From: Folioceros fuciformis
Taxonomy: Eukaryota
Direction: 5' to 3'
Assembly (NCBI GenBank): GCA_049999805.1
Contig: JBNGIO010006289.1
Location: 1 to 64,000, forward strand
DNA length: 64,000 nucleotides
The translations under genes were made by a program, and so were the position numbers. Numbering within the stretch: position 1 is the stretch's first letter; every line of letters starts with the position of its first letter. Shown here piece by piece: positions 26,017 to 39,847 of this stretch. The notes beneath the pieces are model-generated. The model had not been told where the DNA came from. It made no database searches and saw nothing but the letters and a program-made list of their open reading frames with translations.

Positions 26017-28304
26017 CTACAACAACGGAGGCTTGTTCTCTGGAGCTGACAACGGGTTCAAAGTTTCAACGATGACGGCATCATCGTCGTGGACATCCAC
26101 TTCTTGGGATCCACCGGAATGAGAAAGGATATCGACAGGTTCACCCAATGATCGAATCGTCGTGTTATAGTGGTTGGGAACCGTTTTCTCTTCCGACACT
26201 GGCCCTTCCACCTGTTCAACGACCTTGGACCTGCTGCGGGAAGCCGTAATTAGCTGTTACCACGAAAGCAATCGAGATCAGAACCGCTCAAATAAATGTT
26301 AGCAAGTAGATACCTCATTGATTCACCCTGTAGCAACTCCAGCTGGAGTAGAGTTGCATCTCTTTCTCGAATTGCAATTGACTCTCTCTCCTTTGCAGCT
26401 TGGGCAGAATTTACAGCACCTGCTGCAATAGTTTTGCACTTTTCTTCAGATTGAAACAGAGCTGTTTCCAGTTCCAAAATTCTCTCGCGGGCCTTATTCA
26501 GCTCCGCACGCAACTTCTGTGCTTCACTAAGAGCTGCTGCTATCCTCTCCTCGCCAGCCCTTCGCTGCCAAATGTGAAAACACGAAATTTGAACTCTTCC
26601 CATTCCCATTGAACCAAATGTTTTTGGGGGATCAGGATTTACCTCTCGAGCATATGTTTCCGCATTTTCATCCTGGTCTTGATACATTTGCTCCAGTTCT
26701 GTTGTGGCTGCTTTCCACTTTTCGTTTAACGATGTTGCCGCCCCAGCTGCAGCTTCAGCAGCTTCAGCTGTATCAGAAAGCCTCCCTGCCAACTCGGAGA
26801 TTTTATGATCTCGCGCTCTCAGGTCCTTGGCCATCTGCTGGAGTTCCTCATCTTTTACCCTCAACGTCTCCTACATGTAATGCAAGGGCAGGCCACAGAC
26901 AAGCATATCAGCTCACTAGCCTCGACAGATTGCTAGAACAGGGCTACCAATCTTGTCCACCCTCCCTTCTTCCCCCACAATGGAGGCTCGACCCATTGTT
27001 CCACACTATGTTTGGCCCTACCTAGCACCAAAGGAACCTTAGCCCTGAGTGGTATACCTTCAAGATTACCTTCATAATGCTTAAATCATCCATGCCCCCA
27101 TCAGACAGTTGAGGAGCCTGCGGTGCACTGAAATGTAGATGAGCCTTCATTGAACTTTGCAAACTGGCCTGAATCTCCTTTGCTGCTTCCCTTGCGGTTG
27201 CATTTGCAGAGGCTACAGCTGCAGCCACTGTGCCTGTCTTGGCTAAGCCATTTCCAGACAGTGAGTCTACAGCCTCCCGATGCGCCTTCAAAACCAACGA
27301 CACCGCCCTTCCGTCCAGCCACAAAACACAAGTAGCCTTCACCATCAGTGCGAGCCATGACGTCAACATGTTAGCTTGCATCACAAGCATGCAACGAACC
27401 TCGACCTCATTCCGTTTCCTGGCCAAGAGCTGTATTTACCTTAGTGTGGCAACCCATGCCTTTGCAGCAGATGGTGTCTCCGCACAGAAGAAGTATTCCT
27501 TCTTTTGCGGTGTGCCAATGTCTAAAGTTCCGAATTGAGTTGACAGATTTTCTCCTGAGCTTGAAACAACGAACGAGAATACAAATGCAAATACAGCGGA
27601 TTCTGCAGGATACAGAAGCAGCTACCTTCGTACTTTTTTGCCGGGCTTCCCGACAAAGCGACACCACACACCCGCTTGCTAACTTAGCCACTTCACATCA
27701 AGGGCCAAACCAAACGCGTGTATACAAATAATCGCGCAACTTACTGCAGATTGATCGGCGACATAGTTATAGTGCTGTTTGCTTCAAAATGAATAATGCC
27801 CCTCGGAGTTGCATCCCCTCTTTGAGTCCTGATCAGACAAATGAATTGCACGGATTAGCCCGCGCCCCACACTGGACTGGGAGCCGGAGAGAGCGGTGAC
27901 AGATCACCTGTACTCCATCTTGCCCGTCGAGGGATCCAGCGTGAACCATCTCTGGTTCCACTTACGCAGCTGCAACTCAGAACCAGACCATTGCCAATCA
28001 TACTGAGAAACCAGCAGTTCATCATAATCCCAAGAACCGGGACTCACACATAAAGGCGTAAATTTTGCTCACAGTCTCAGATCGCTTTAGCAGGGGCCCG
28101 TGCAACAGCACGGTTTCGGAGGAACCGCTGAGCTGCTTCCTGATCTTCTCGAAGCTGGATTGTGCATCGTCCGAGCCATTCTGTTCCTTAACAGAGAAGA
28201 AGAGCATGCTCAGAGGAGTACGAACAAATGAAACCCCGAAGCTCACGATGACAGGACCAAATCGAGGAGAAGAGCACCTGAGAATTGAGATGCGCATGGG
28301 CCAT
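26017..28304 (-). CDS. PH-domain plus coiled-coil protein (plant SWAP70-like)
   Basis: SSFEKIRKQLS..LLHGPLLKRSET / LRKWNQRWFTLDPSTGKMEY / KKEYFFCAET..AKAWVATL / LKAHREAVDSLSGNGLAKTGTVAAAVASAN / RVKDEELQQMAKDLRARD. Probable start MAHAHLNSQ at 28304. Confidence 0.88.
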
Positions 28305-28660
28305 GGTGCCGTGAGCATTCAACTGCTTGATGATAGCCCACTCGGGAGCGAAAGCAGAATCCCCCATCATCTCTGTCTTATGCTCAAATTTCCTTCGAGG
28401 AAGCGACAGTACCGAATTCCTCGCTTCCTTGTTGCTTTCCGTCGAATCGTGCATGTGTTTCAGCCGGGACAGCGACACAGCCTTTCGCGCTTCGCAGCGA
28501 GGTGCTTTGGAGCAGGCGCATTTCGGAACTCCGGTATTTTTGCCTTTTCAATTTAGTAATAATTTATCCTTTTAGCGTAACAGGGAGCGAAATTTTCACG
28601 TCACCAGTTTTAGTCCTCTAGCTGTCCTACTTGACGAACAGAGGTCACGTCCGATCAGCT

Positions 28661-31600
28661 TCAGGCACCATTTGCCGAAGTGAGAGCACGTTCTTCACGA
28701 AACAGTTTCAGGATTCCGTCAGAACCGCTCGTGAGGAAGCCACCAGCCAGTACCTGAAGGTCTGTTACGGCAGCCTGCGTCCACAGATTGCAGCCTAGAA
28801 CTCAGTTTTAGAAACTAGACAGTAGATTCAACCCAGCGTTTCTTGAGTCGTACCTCGCTTTTCAGACTAGAAAGAAGAGACTCAAGCTGGCTTACTTGCC
28901 CCTGAATTAAGAGCTGCTTGTGAGCGTTGAGTCCCTTACTATGCCAGATGAATAGGCTAAGCTGCATGGAGAGAGGAGAAAGGAGACGACGGCTAGGAAA
29001 AACTTACATGGATGGCGCCAAAACCTGTTGAATCATGGCGCATAAACAGGTGCCTTTCATGAACTTTGTGCCAATGCTCCACCATCTCACATGTGTTTAC
29101 ATCCCACAATTTCACATCCCCGTCTTTACTCGCAGAGAAGAATAAAGACGTGCCAGGAACTGGTACTACGCGGGAGATGCCTCCTGCAAGCAGATGCGCT
29201 ACCAGTGTGATTCGGTGGATCGATTATCAATGAAAGTTGCTGAGAAATAATACTCAAGGCGCTGTATTACCTGAGTGAGCATGGGGCAGATGCCAAATCA
29301 TGCCGGCAGTACCCTGCTGGCCCTGCTTGCGTCCTGTGGAGTCACCCAGCTTACCTGCCTTGGGGCCGCGTTGGGCAGTGGGGGAGTTGAGAGCGTCTCT
29401 GGCAGATGCACGGTGCCGTTTGGATTTTCCACCTGCAATGTGCCGGAAGTCGTGCACGGAAATATCACCAGTTTTCCCTCCAGTTACTATCAATGGAACA
29501 CTAGAGCTTCCTTCAACGCCATTGTCAAACATCCCAATGCAGCGTGCACCTCCTGTACCCACAGCAATTTCCCAGATGAACATGATCACGGGTTGGACGA
29601 CAGGAAAATTCGCAATGAGGTGCACAGGCTCCAGTTCCAACCTTCATGACACACAACAGAACGAGATGCATTTGGAGGAGCAAGCGTGTCCCAAATTACA
29701 AGATTTTCCCCGTTCTGTGTACTTCCAGTTGTTGCCAGAATACTTCCACTGGGTCCAACAAAAGCCACATCCCTGAACATAACCACGGAGAGACCACGAA
29801 TTGCATGGTCAGACCCAGGTGAATGCGGACCCAAGGTGAGAACACAGGCTGATGGGTTGCAAGTCTAGTGTTGTACACTCACGATGCAAGGCGGCCAAAA
29901 CACATTCTGGAGTCTGTTGGACAGACATTGCTCCTTCCTCCGACCTCAAGTTGCCAGATGCTGACAGAGCCATCTAAAGCTGCTGTTGCGAACCTATGGC
30001 CACAGTGATCGAATCTGACGGCAGAAACCGATGGAATCACATAGAGAGGGGGGACATTCGTGCCTGGCAAGACTCCATATGTTGCAGTGGCTGATCCTTT
30101 CCCAAACTACAAGTCAAATAATTTAGAATGTTAAGTGAGAAGCTACCCGACGCGTCTGCTATTGAAGGAACAGAAGACAAGGCCCTCTTGCAGAAACTCC
30201 TCCCTGCTGTTTGCATCCTCCACAGGTGACAAACATGACAAACATAGAGGGCTCTGCTAGTCGGGTTTTTTCATCAAGGAGATAACTGAAATCTCTGAAC
30301 TGCTTGACACACTCAAATCCTAAGCTACATACATGAGATAGATGAAGGGTGACACTAACCTCCCACAGATATACGTGTGTATTATCTGATCCCACAAGAA
30401 AGAGCGGCCTCAAAGGGTGTGCAGCCATTGCTTTGGTGTGAACGTTTTGAACAGTAGCAGGGGGGTCCACAACACCCTCTTCCCATTCCTCCCCTCCCCN
30501 NNNNNNNNNNNNNNNNNNNNNNNNNNNNNNNNNNNNNNNNNNNNNNNNNNNNNNNNNNNNNNNNNNNNNNNNNNNNNNNNNNNNNNNNNNNNNNNNNNNT
30601 TACCAGGCCGGGCCACCAATCCCCGGCGTGCTGCAGAACCCCCTACACCAAGCCTAGCCCCAACTTTGGTGCCCAGCCCTATGGTTGTAGCCTCAAAAAT
30701 AGGCGTAGGAGTTGATACAGAGCCTGCCCATCCATCCTTGGGCCAGTCCGCTTCACTCCACAAGTTGTCAGTGGACTTCGAAAAGGTGCCGTGCGTCTTA
30801 AGATCGAGGAAAAGTATTCCCTGAAGACGAACACGGACATGCTCCATCACCACGTGGCACAATAGGTTCAAGATCCCGACAGAGAATTGCTGTCAGCCTG
30901 GAGGCATTAAGTGCCAGGATTTACGAACCTTGTGATGGCTTGCAACAGCAACTTGTTCAGGGTCACAGGAATTTACGCAAATACCCTGTTACAACCAAAT
31001 CAAATGGTTATCAGAAAATCTGGTTAGCTAAAATTCCCTTGGAGACTTGGGAATGCAGATGGATAGAAGGTACTGACTAGTCCTCACTGTGAGGACTAAA
31101 TGCTATTCACGCTCAAATAAGATACCTCAAATAACTCTCCACTCAAATGTAGAACTTCCTCAGGCGGCTGAAAAGCAAGGAACCCCCTCCCACTCGTGCC
31201 GCGCACGTTTCCCACCAACCCTCCAACAGCCCCTTTTGAAACTCTGCCTATAGCGTGATTTGAGTCTCCAGTCATCTTACCAGGAAGTGGCCTTCCACTT
31301 GCATTCCTGTCCCTTACAAAAGAAGTGCTTCCTCTAGCACTAGTTCCTGCTGCACCTCCTGAGCCAGGACCAGGAGGACCAGATCCTCTTCTTTGCGAAA
31401 CAGTTGTCATCCCTGCATGGTCGACAGTATCTCGAGGACCTATAATACCTTCCAATCCTAGGGCTGACAGTACTTTTTCCTTCACAACCAACAGCTTCCA
31501 AAGCTCTACGCAAGCCACCTCTTGAACTACTTCCACCAACAGTGACGAGTCCGGAGGGGTGGATGGTATCGCCGAAGTGTCACCACTTGCTGGATGGGTT

Positions 31601-34600
31601 GGTTTCCCCCAAAGCCAGGCCAGAAGAGGATCAACAACTGGACTTCTTGTGCAGTGAAATACATGAGAAGCGAGCTGCCTGCGCAAACCAGCTGCTATAC
31701 AAGCCAAACAGCTCATCAGAGGCACACCAGGATCTTCTGAATCTGATGCAGAGTCCTGACGAGGATCAGAGGTTGTCTTAAGACCATCAGTCCCTATATG
31801 TCCTTCATCAGATGACAAAGGATCATGTGAATGACCTGTTACCTTTACAAAGGATGCCCCTGAAGCTTGGTCATCAGAGGTTGGTGACGATGACTGAAAG
31901 GCTGAACCAACGACTCCGGAAACCTTCATGAATGATGGCGAAAGAGGAGGTGATCGGGCAGGAGAGGGACCGCCAAATGGCGATTTTGGGGACGTTCGGG
32001 ATGGTGACTGAACTTGAGATACCCTCCCAAAGCTGCTGTAAGACCCTTCCTTGATGCAGCCAGACAGCTGTCTCCTCGCATAGGAGAGGACATGGCTCCA
32101 CAGACAAAAACCCAGCACTCTCCACACATCATCTTCAGATATTGGCGATGGTTTTTTGACAGAGCCACCTCCATCCTTTTCCAACCCATCTGCCACCTTA
32201 CTTTGCAGGCCTATCTTCTGTTGGTCCACATCCAGCAACCAAGCACTTGCATCCAACTGAACCAAGGGAATGGTTGGAGGCGTTGCAGCATCTTCCAATA
32301 TTGGGCCAACAAGCATCAACAACGCATTTGCTCGTCGTCCAAGCCAAGCAACAGCCACGGACATCACGTAAGCCAGCATACTTGCTACATCTGTAGTCTT
32401 CTTGTCAATCTCAGTCGCACTCCTCTCGCAGCTTGCATTACTTTCTGGCTTCAAGATAGCTGGACTGGCAGCACTTGCGAGCAACACTATCTCCAAGGCA
32501 TAGCGAATCATACTCTCAAGTTGAGGCCAAGGAAGAGCACCACCTTCCAGGCAAATGTCACCGAGCTGAGTTTCCTGTACCAACCTGGCAACAGACTGCC
32601 GGTACTCACCTTTCCTACCACCCGTTACCTGTCCAACTGCTTTTCGACCTGGGGCAACAGCTCCACCACAAACCAAAACAGCTCGTGCGATAACCCAAGG
32701 TACATCTTTGCAGACTGCTTTCATGCAGCCCTGGGCCATAACTGGAAAGTTTGACTGAGTTGTCAGACATTCCTTCTCAGAATCAGAAAGAGCACCCTTT
32801 AGAGGGCATTTCAAAAGGGTGACAAAGTATGGCCGACCAAAGTTGCTTGAAAGTACAAACAACTGCCATCATCAAACAACGCACATGTTAGTTAACTTGA
32901 GTTAATAGGCAAAAGGACGATCCACTGGCACATCAGGTGACCACAAGATGAATACAACAAGCTGATATATGTACCTCATGCAAAATTTCATGAGCATTTA
33001 CTGAAAACTTCTTCTCCATTGCTTTCAAGTTTTCAAATAGCAAATCATCCGCCTTTCGTAGTAGCCAATGAATCTTGTTGAATTCATTATGAGACTCAAA
33101 ATCTTGGCCTGCTTCCAGAGAACCACTACTTGCTCCTAGTCCACCTGACTTAGTCAAGATGTCAAGATGCCTGGCTAACTGCTTCCAAGTCCAGATCCCA
33201 CTGAGCCACCCTGGATGATCCTGGAGAAGTTGAGAGGCACACTGAAGCGCTAGGTTATCTTTCATAGCTTGTGCAAAATCTGCCACAAGAATGTCTGACA
33301 TCCAGCCACAGCCCACATCCCCTTCTTTAACTTTGTTGGAGACTGCTAAGCTCTCATCAGCTGCAGCTTCATCTCTTGACCCCCACTTTCCTACGTTACA
33401 TAGGCTGGACAATCTTCTCAACTTCAACAAAGACCCAGTGGATGCTGATGCCAGCTGCTCCAGTGCTTGCAGCTTCAAGTCAATCACAGTGCTTGTGAGT
33501 TAGCACTATATCTAAGTCCACTCTGTTGAAGACTCCACCAGAGCATTCCCAAGCAAAAACATGAAACATCTTGAGTCTGATGGTACTCACTGGAAATCCT
33601 GTCCTTGACAGAGAGTAGACAGTGAATGATCTAGCATCCCGTAATACTCGAGATGCTTCAGACACAAGTGGACCAGCTTGTAGCCTGGACTTTGACAACA
33701 GAGTAGTAACGAACTCCACTACATCAGGATCCAAGAGTGAGCCACGGCTGCCTGTTGAGAAGAATATCCCTGCCTCCTCATCTTCTGCATGCGATGAATA
33801 CTCGAAGGGCCCAGTTTCTATCTCTTCCGACCTGGTCAATTCTCGCATAGCTTCCAGCTTTTGACCGATCGACCACTGATAAAGCATCACCATGTATTAG
33901 ATTAGAGTGTAGTACCTACAGCAAATAACATCTAGGGTACAACACCAGTTCTCCTGAAACTGATCAACTAGTTGTCCTGCCCTTACCTGCAATAAACTTG
34001 CCAGCCACAAATCACGGGATACTCTTGCAGCAGGGATCAGCTGCTTGGCCACTAAGTTGGTCCCAATAGGACCATTCGACCCCTCAACCAGACGGCAAAC
34101 GATTAACGCAAGCTGAGGGTCCACTATGTTTTTGGAACATATGCCGACACAGGAAGCAAGATCTCCGCCTAGAAGGAAGAAAGAGGCAGCCAGCTCATGC
34201 CGGTGTTTCCCCATGAGCACATATGCATTCTTTAACGCTGCTCCCTTGTGCTTGTCGTCCTGGAAAGAAAAACACCAGGAGGCATCCGCATCAGATAGGA
34301 TGAACATATTGGTACATACACAACACACCCAAACTCTTCAAATCAGGACGTTTCCCCTCATCACTAGATCAAGTATTAACAAGAAGTAACCCCAGTCCCT
34401 TAACAGTGAAGGAAGACTCACAGTGCAAGTACCTTAAAATCTCGCGTGAGGAACTCATACAGGTTCTTATCTTTGTCATCTCGGCTTAGTTTAAAAAGAC
34501 CTGTTAAAACATTCTTACGATCCAAAGCAAGGTAAAGAAGCATACAGTCCTTCGGGTCCTTTTTAGTAAGATACTGTGCTCGTGCAAGCTTCTCCATCTG

Positions 34601-37600
34601 GAAAAGATTGGTGATTCACACATCAGCTTGAAAGATGTCCAACCATGTGACCAAGTGGTACAAACCAACGAACTGTACAGCGCAGAGACAATGAAGACGT
34701 TACCCGTTTTCGAAGCAGCAGATGGTCACTGTACCAAAATCCCATTCCAAGTGCACGAAAATCAGTCCATAGGGGTTGATCGGATAGACAGAAATCCAAA
34801 ACGTGGTCTTTCGATTCGGACTGGAGAGCCCAAGCCATGGCTTTCGAGTCTACATTCAGGTCTGATTCAGTCAGACTTTGTGCTTTCCGTCGAACAGACT
34901 GATGATGGGCATATCGAGCAGCTAGCCAGAACCTTCAAATGAATGAAGCCACATCAGAGAGGAGGTTAAGCTGGTAAGCCTTATGCAGACAATGCTTTGT
35001 TAGAAGATTTGAAACCACACACTAGCTATCCAAAGGTTGTCAAAAGGTCACCTCTGCCCTGGCTGGTCTAACTGCAAGCTTTGAGTGATGGTACTCACGC
35101 CATCCATTTCCACCAGGGTATCTACAAGGGCCAAAAGTTGGATCTTCTCACTGCCTGAAAGTCCTGGAAGCTCAGTGTGCTGCTCCAGCACATGAAAAAT
35201 AGCCGCAACTTCCAGTTTACTTAAAGGCTCTCTGCCACCTCGTCTGATCTGATTGGCACCCCCGTGGGATGTTGTTTCTTCGTTGAGTTCCAGAGAATTG
35301 AGAATCTCATCAGAGTCCAGAAATGAATATTGATCACCCAGATTCAATTTGAAAGTACTCATATTGTCATGAGCTTCGGGATTGAAGCTGTTACTGTCTG
35401 CTGCAGCCACAGCCACATCACCCTCATCAGCGAGAAACTCCATCAAGCTCAAAATTGGAACCTTGACAGGTTCACAAACTGGCTTTGTATCAGTGGCAGA
35501 AGCAGGGCCGCCATCAACGTCAGGTGGTGAAGTGGAGGCAATCAAGTAATGCACAAGGTGCCGAACAGATGCTCGAGCACACCCCTTTTCCCCTGACACA
35601 ACCATCGAATATATTAGCAAGCAAGAAGGAGTAGCTCAGACAGTAAAGAACAATTGTGACTGCTTCTCTGCAAGTGAAATTACCCTGGAAAACAAACAAA
35701 AGAGACGAAGTTTAACATGCCACTGCAGCAGACCTCTATTCAGAAACCATAGGATCTTCTTGGGGTGGTAGTCCAGCAAAGGAGATCCTTCAGACTGGAC
35801 AGCTTCCATGAGTGTGCCACTTCTGTCCTGCACGCTGATGACAGGCAGCTTTTCCAAAGACACAGAAGGTCCTCTCGGAAGAGAATTGTAAGACAATGAG
35901 TATGGTATCCTCTCTTCAAGTTTACCCGTGGCATTGAAAGCACTGTACATTGACAGTGATGGGGAGGAAACAGAGTTGGGGAAGGCTGCACTCAATTTCT
36001 GGAGCTTTTCATCTCTCGTTTTGAATGCAACTCGTCCTGAAGTTCTGAGAGACATGACGCATATGTGCCCACCAGAAGCCACGAACAGGCTTGCATAGGG
36101 GCCCCATGCAATCGTGTCCGTCTGACCAAACACTGGAACCACAGCAAGACATCGCCAACGTGTACAGTCACCACCACGAGTTTTGCTTTGAACATGTACT
36201 TGAACTTCATTTGGTAGGGCAATTGCAAGCAGAGCAAGTCCATTCCCCTGCTCTGACCAACTTAGGGCAGAAATGGGACCCAAAAGCTGAATCTTGTCTT
36301 CTAGACTATACCATCCATGTCCGAGTATGCTCATAGCCTGCCAAATGCACACAGAATGACCATCCTCGGCTGCGCCCATGCTGACTGTAGCAAGCAGTCC
36401 TGACACATGGGTAACAGCTACTGCAGTAATTTCTGTGTCTCCAGCCTTAAGGAGTCCAAGACTTTGCCAGATAGGCTGCTCAAGCCCTCCTTCGGTAGTA
36501 TCTATCTTCCAAGTTCGTACAGTGCCATCTGCACAACCAGTTATCATTTCACAGGGTCTACCCTTTGCTGAATCAGAAACTGAACACAGACTCCTCACAG
36601 CATCCACACTTGTCACTCGCTCTTCATAGGCCAGCGCTGTGGATCCTAGGATATGCCACTGGAAACAAAGAACATTTGGTGAACCTGATTTCATATTTAA
36701 GGTCTCCAACTGGATGCATCTCTGGGTCTCTTCCAAGCCCATTCTATCCTGCTCTATAACTGGTTGATCATCTAAATTCCTATCTGCTAGGTTGATGAGA
36801 AGCTTACATGACACAAGTGCAGTTCCACTGTTTCCTACTCCCAATACTACACAATTAGACTCCCTGTCAGTGCTAACACAAGGATTCCTTGATGGAACAG
36901 TGTACACCCCCTCCACGCCGTGCCCGTCCAAAAGTGGCCAAGTCAAAGTGCACATGTGTCTATGGCAAACCTTAACAAGTTCAGGTTTCCCTTTGAAAGC
37001 GCTGGATGCTCTGGATATCAGAAAGCAGCTCACTCCTTCAGCATTGGCCACAAGCAAGACCGTCTCACCTCCTGGAAGGACAAAAGGTGCCCATGCCAGC
37101 ACATTCAGGTGTCCTACAGCAGAAATTTGTTGCGTGGTAAGGCGGCCACCCAGGCTGACAAGTGGGGCCGAAAAATTTTCGATGTCAAACTGTGGCTGAT
37201 ACTCAGTGCTCAGTAGCCACAGGAGGACATTGCCTGCCTTATCCAAAGATGCAGCAAGCTTTGCGGTGATAATGGGATGTACAGCAACACTGAGGACTTG
37301 CACATCATGACCATCTGTAACCATATCTTCACCAGCAACACTCCAAGCACTCTTCTTCCTGGGGGCTGACGAAGATCCAGAGTTCACCTGGCCCAACTTT
37401 GAACCTCCCCCACCAATTGCTGCAACAGGAGGCCATATGCGCAAGCACCTGTAATGACCACCCTGCAGAATCTCAAACACGTCCAACGACGAAGGGGGTT
37501 CAGCCAGTGTCCCTTCATGCCTGTGAACGACAGCTTTGACAAAAGAAGGATTGAGCTGATCCGGCAGCAAATCAGACCCGTGGTTCCACAGTAGGGCCCG

Positions 37601-38807
37601 TGGACAGCGCGGGGGACTAACATCATCCAGACAATGGAGGGACCAAAGGGAAATGGAGCCATTCGGGCCAAGGCCCACCAGCCACTCACATGTTGCCACC
37701 TCATTGCCTTTCAAATCCTGACTGGATGCACTGTTTTGAGTGCAGCCTGCTCCACCAAATGCCTTGACCATGACATCAGTGGCCCATGTCACATGAATGT
37801 CCTGGCCCAGGTGCCCTTGCAGATTCCTGTTCACTTCAATTACGGCACTCACAAAGAAGGTAGTTTTGGATCGTTTGTCACTAGATTCTTTTCCCGCAGC
37901 CCTGTCATTCCTGGACTTGCCAGAGTCGATCTCAATCCATAACCTCAATGCTCCATCCCTCGAGGATGTGAGCAAGATCTGCCTTTGAGGCTGAGCATAG
38001 TCCCCTTCGTGCGTACTTCCGAACGCCACCTTGGATGGTCTCCACTGCACCATGAGCACTTTCTGGGGGTGCAACAGTTCTACCTCCTCCAATCCCAAAC
38101 CATCTTCCCAACACCATATCGTGGCTCTATCTTTGGAGATTAGCCTCGTGGTGTCCTCCCTACACATGCCGTCTGTCAAAGTTCCCTCCTCACAGCCACT
38201 CGCAGTGGCCACCATTCCCTTAGCAAAGGGGCCTGCCGCACAGAGGTGTTGCGGCTGCTGGGCTGGCACCCTCCATAGACAAGACCAAGTTCCATCACCC
38301 TTGTCTTCCTGCCACATGATAATCTCGCTGCCTGCGGCCAGTAGGCCGTCACCAGAGGACGTCCAAGCAAAAGCGAACACTTGGAAAGCATGCCTGAGCA
38401 GCTCCAAGACTTCCCATGCCAACGGCAACCCTGACAGGACTCCATTCGCTGCTGTAGCTGGCAAGCTGGGCCGGGAGTTTTGGCGTCGAGAGCGCGCTTT
38501 CGGTCCGAGCAAAAAAATATTGTCCCCTGCCGCTGCAGCCAGAATGCCAAGCGAAGGCATCTGGGGGGACCAGGACAAGGCTTTCACCCACTCCCTCTCA
38601 CGAACACTCAACTGCACAATCTGCTGGAAAAATCGTCCTGCAGCAGCCTCCTCGGTATTAGTAGTGGAAGGCGCCGTGCAGATGACAACATGATGTTGAG
38701 CACCGTAGGCCAGCCAACCACTCCCCACGAACGCTGGCAACCAGTCCGCACCAGCAGGTGCCGCATTGGGAAGCGGCGGGATAACCTCCTGGAACACCAT
38801 CTCATAC
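28661..38807 (-). CDS. DmX-like / Rav1 (RAVE/Rabconnectin-3alpha) WD40 protein; 5' end at or inside an N gap
   Basis: N-terminal WD region (DWLP..WLAYGA, VQWRP, LLTSSRDGALRLW), Rav1p_C-like core (AWALQSESKD, FRALGMGFWY, AALKNAYVLMGKHRHELAASFFLLGGD) and C-terminal WD40s (HPLRPLFLVGS..VYLWE, LVIWDTLAPP, TGGKTGDISVHDFR). Stop at 28661. Gaps at 30500-30599 and 38808-39207. Confidence 0.93.
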
Positions 38808-39847
38808 NNNNNNNNNNNNNNNNNNNNNNNNNNNNNNNNNNNNNNNNNNNNNNNNNNNNNNNNNNNNNNNNNNNNNNNNNNNNNNNNNNNNNNNNNNNNN
38901 NNNNNNNNNNNNNNNNNNNNNNNNNNNNNNNNNNNNNNNNNNNNNNNNNNNNNNNNNNNNNNNNNNNNNNNNNNNNNNNNNNNNNNNNNNNNNNNNNNNN
39001 NNNNNNNNNNNNNNNNNNNNNNNNNNNNNNNNNNNNNNNNNNNNNNNNNNNNNNNNNNNNNNNNNNNNNNNNNNNNNNNNNNNNNNNNNNNNNNNNNNNN
39101 NNNNNNNNNNNNNNNNNNNNNNNNNNNNNNNNNNNNNNNNNNNNNNNNNNNNNNNNNNNNNNNNNNNNNNNNNNNNNNNNNNNNNNNNNNNNNNNNNNNN
39201 NNNNNNNATTCAAAACAAGGCACGCCGGTGGCCACACCAGGCTCGCCAAATTGCGGCACCAACTCCCACGCTCAACAAGCCGACACTCCCACGAGCGTCA
39301 CGCGCCCGACGAGGAGGACCCGGAATGCCGACAATCCAAGCCCCCTGGCCATCCCGTCCAGTGCGCATGCTGCAGCGAGCGGAGCCTGTCAGTCTTGGCT
39401 TGCGACTGCGATCGCTGGTAGGAAAGTTCCCCGAAAGCCGCCCGTCCTGCTCCTTTTCGTATGTACAATTTGTGCACATGTTGGACATGCTGCATCTACA
39501 GGATGTAGCTGTTTGCTGTGTATAATTTACAGTACATACCTTCTGCTGGTGTGCCCCTTTGATGCTGTATATGTGACTGGTGCTGGTGCAACATGTCTGT
39601 TCTGTTATGTTCTGTTACACAGCACTATGGTCCGAATTAGGGCTGAAGGGGCGAAGAGTGTGCTGGTCCACTTGACGGTCAGCAGAACCAAGTAGGAGAG
39701 GTTTCTGTGGGACGCGGTTGTCTCATCCAGGGCCAAGCGCAAACGCAGGCGCGACTGCAACCGCAACGGCGACGCCAGAACCGGGGACGTGAAGGTATAA
39801 ATTGGCGCCGGCAGGATGACGACGTGGATGAGCTAGGAGCAGGTGCA

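Noticed and set aside
31110..31126. Second U12 donor in the DmX gene (GTATCTTA)
   Set aside because: It does not match RTATCCTT and there is no U12 branch site near the acceptor.
38808..39262. ORF-track extensions through the 400-N gap
   Set aside because: These are artefacts of translating Ns. The DmX start is probably at or just inside the gap.
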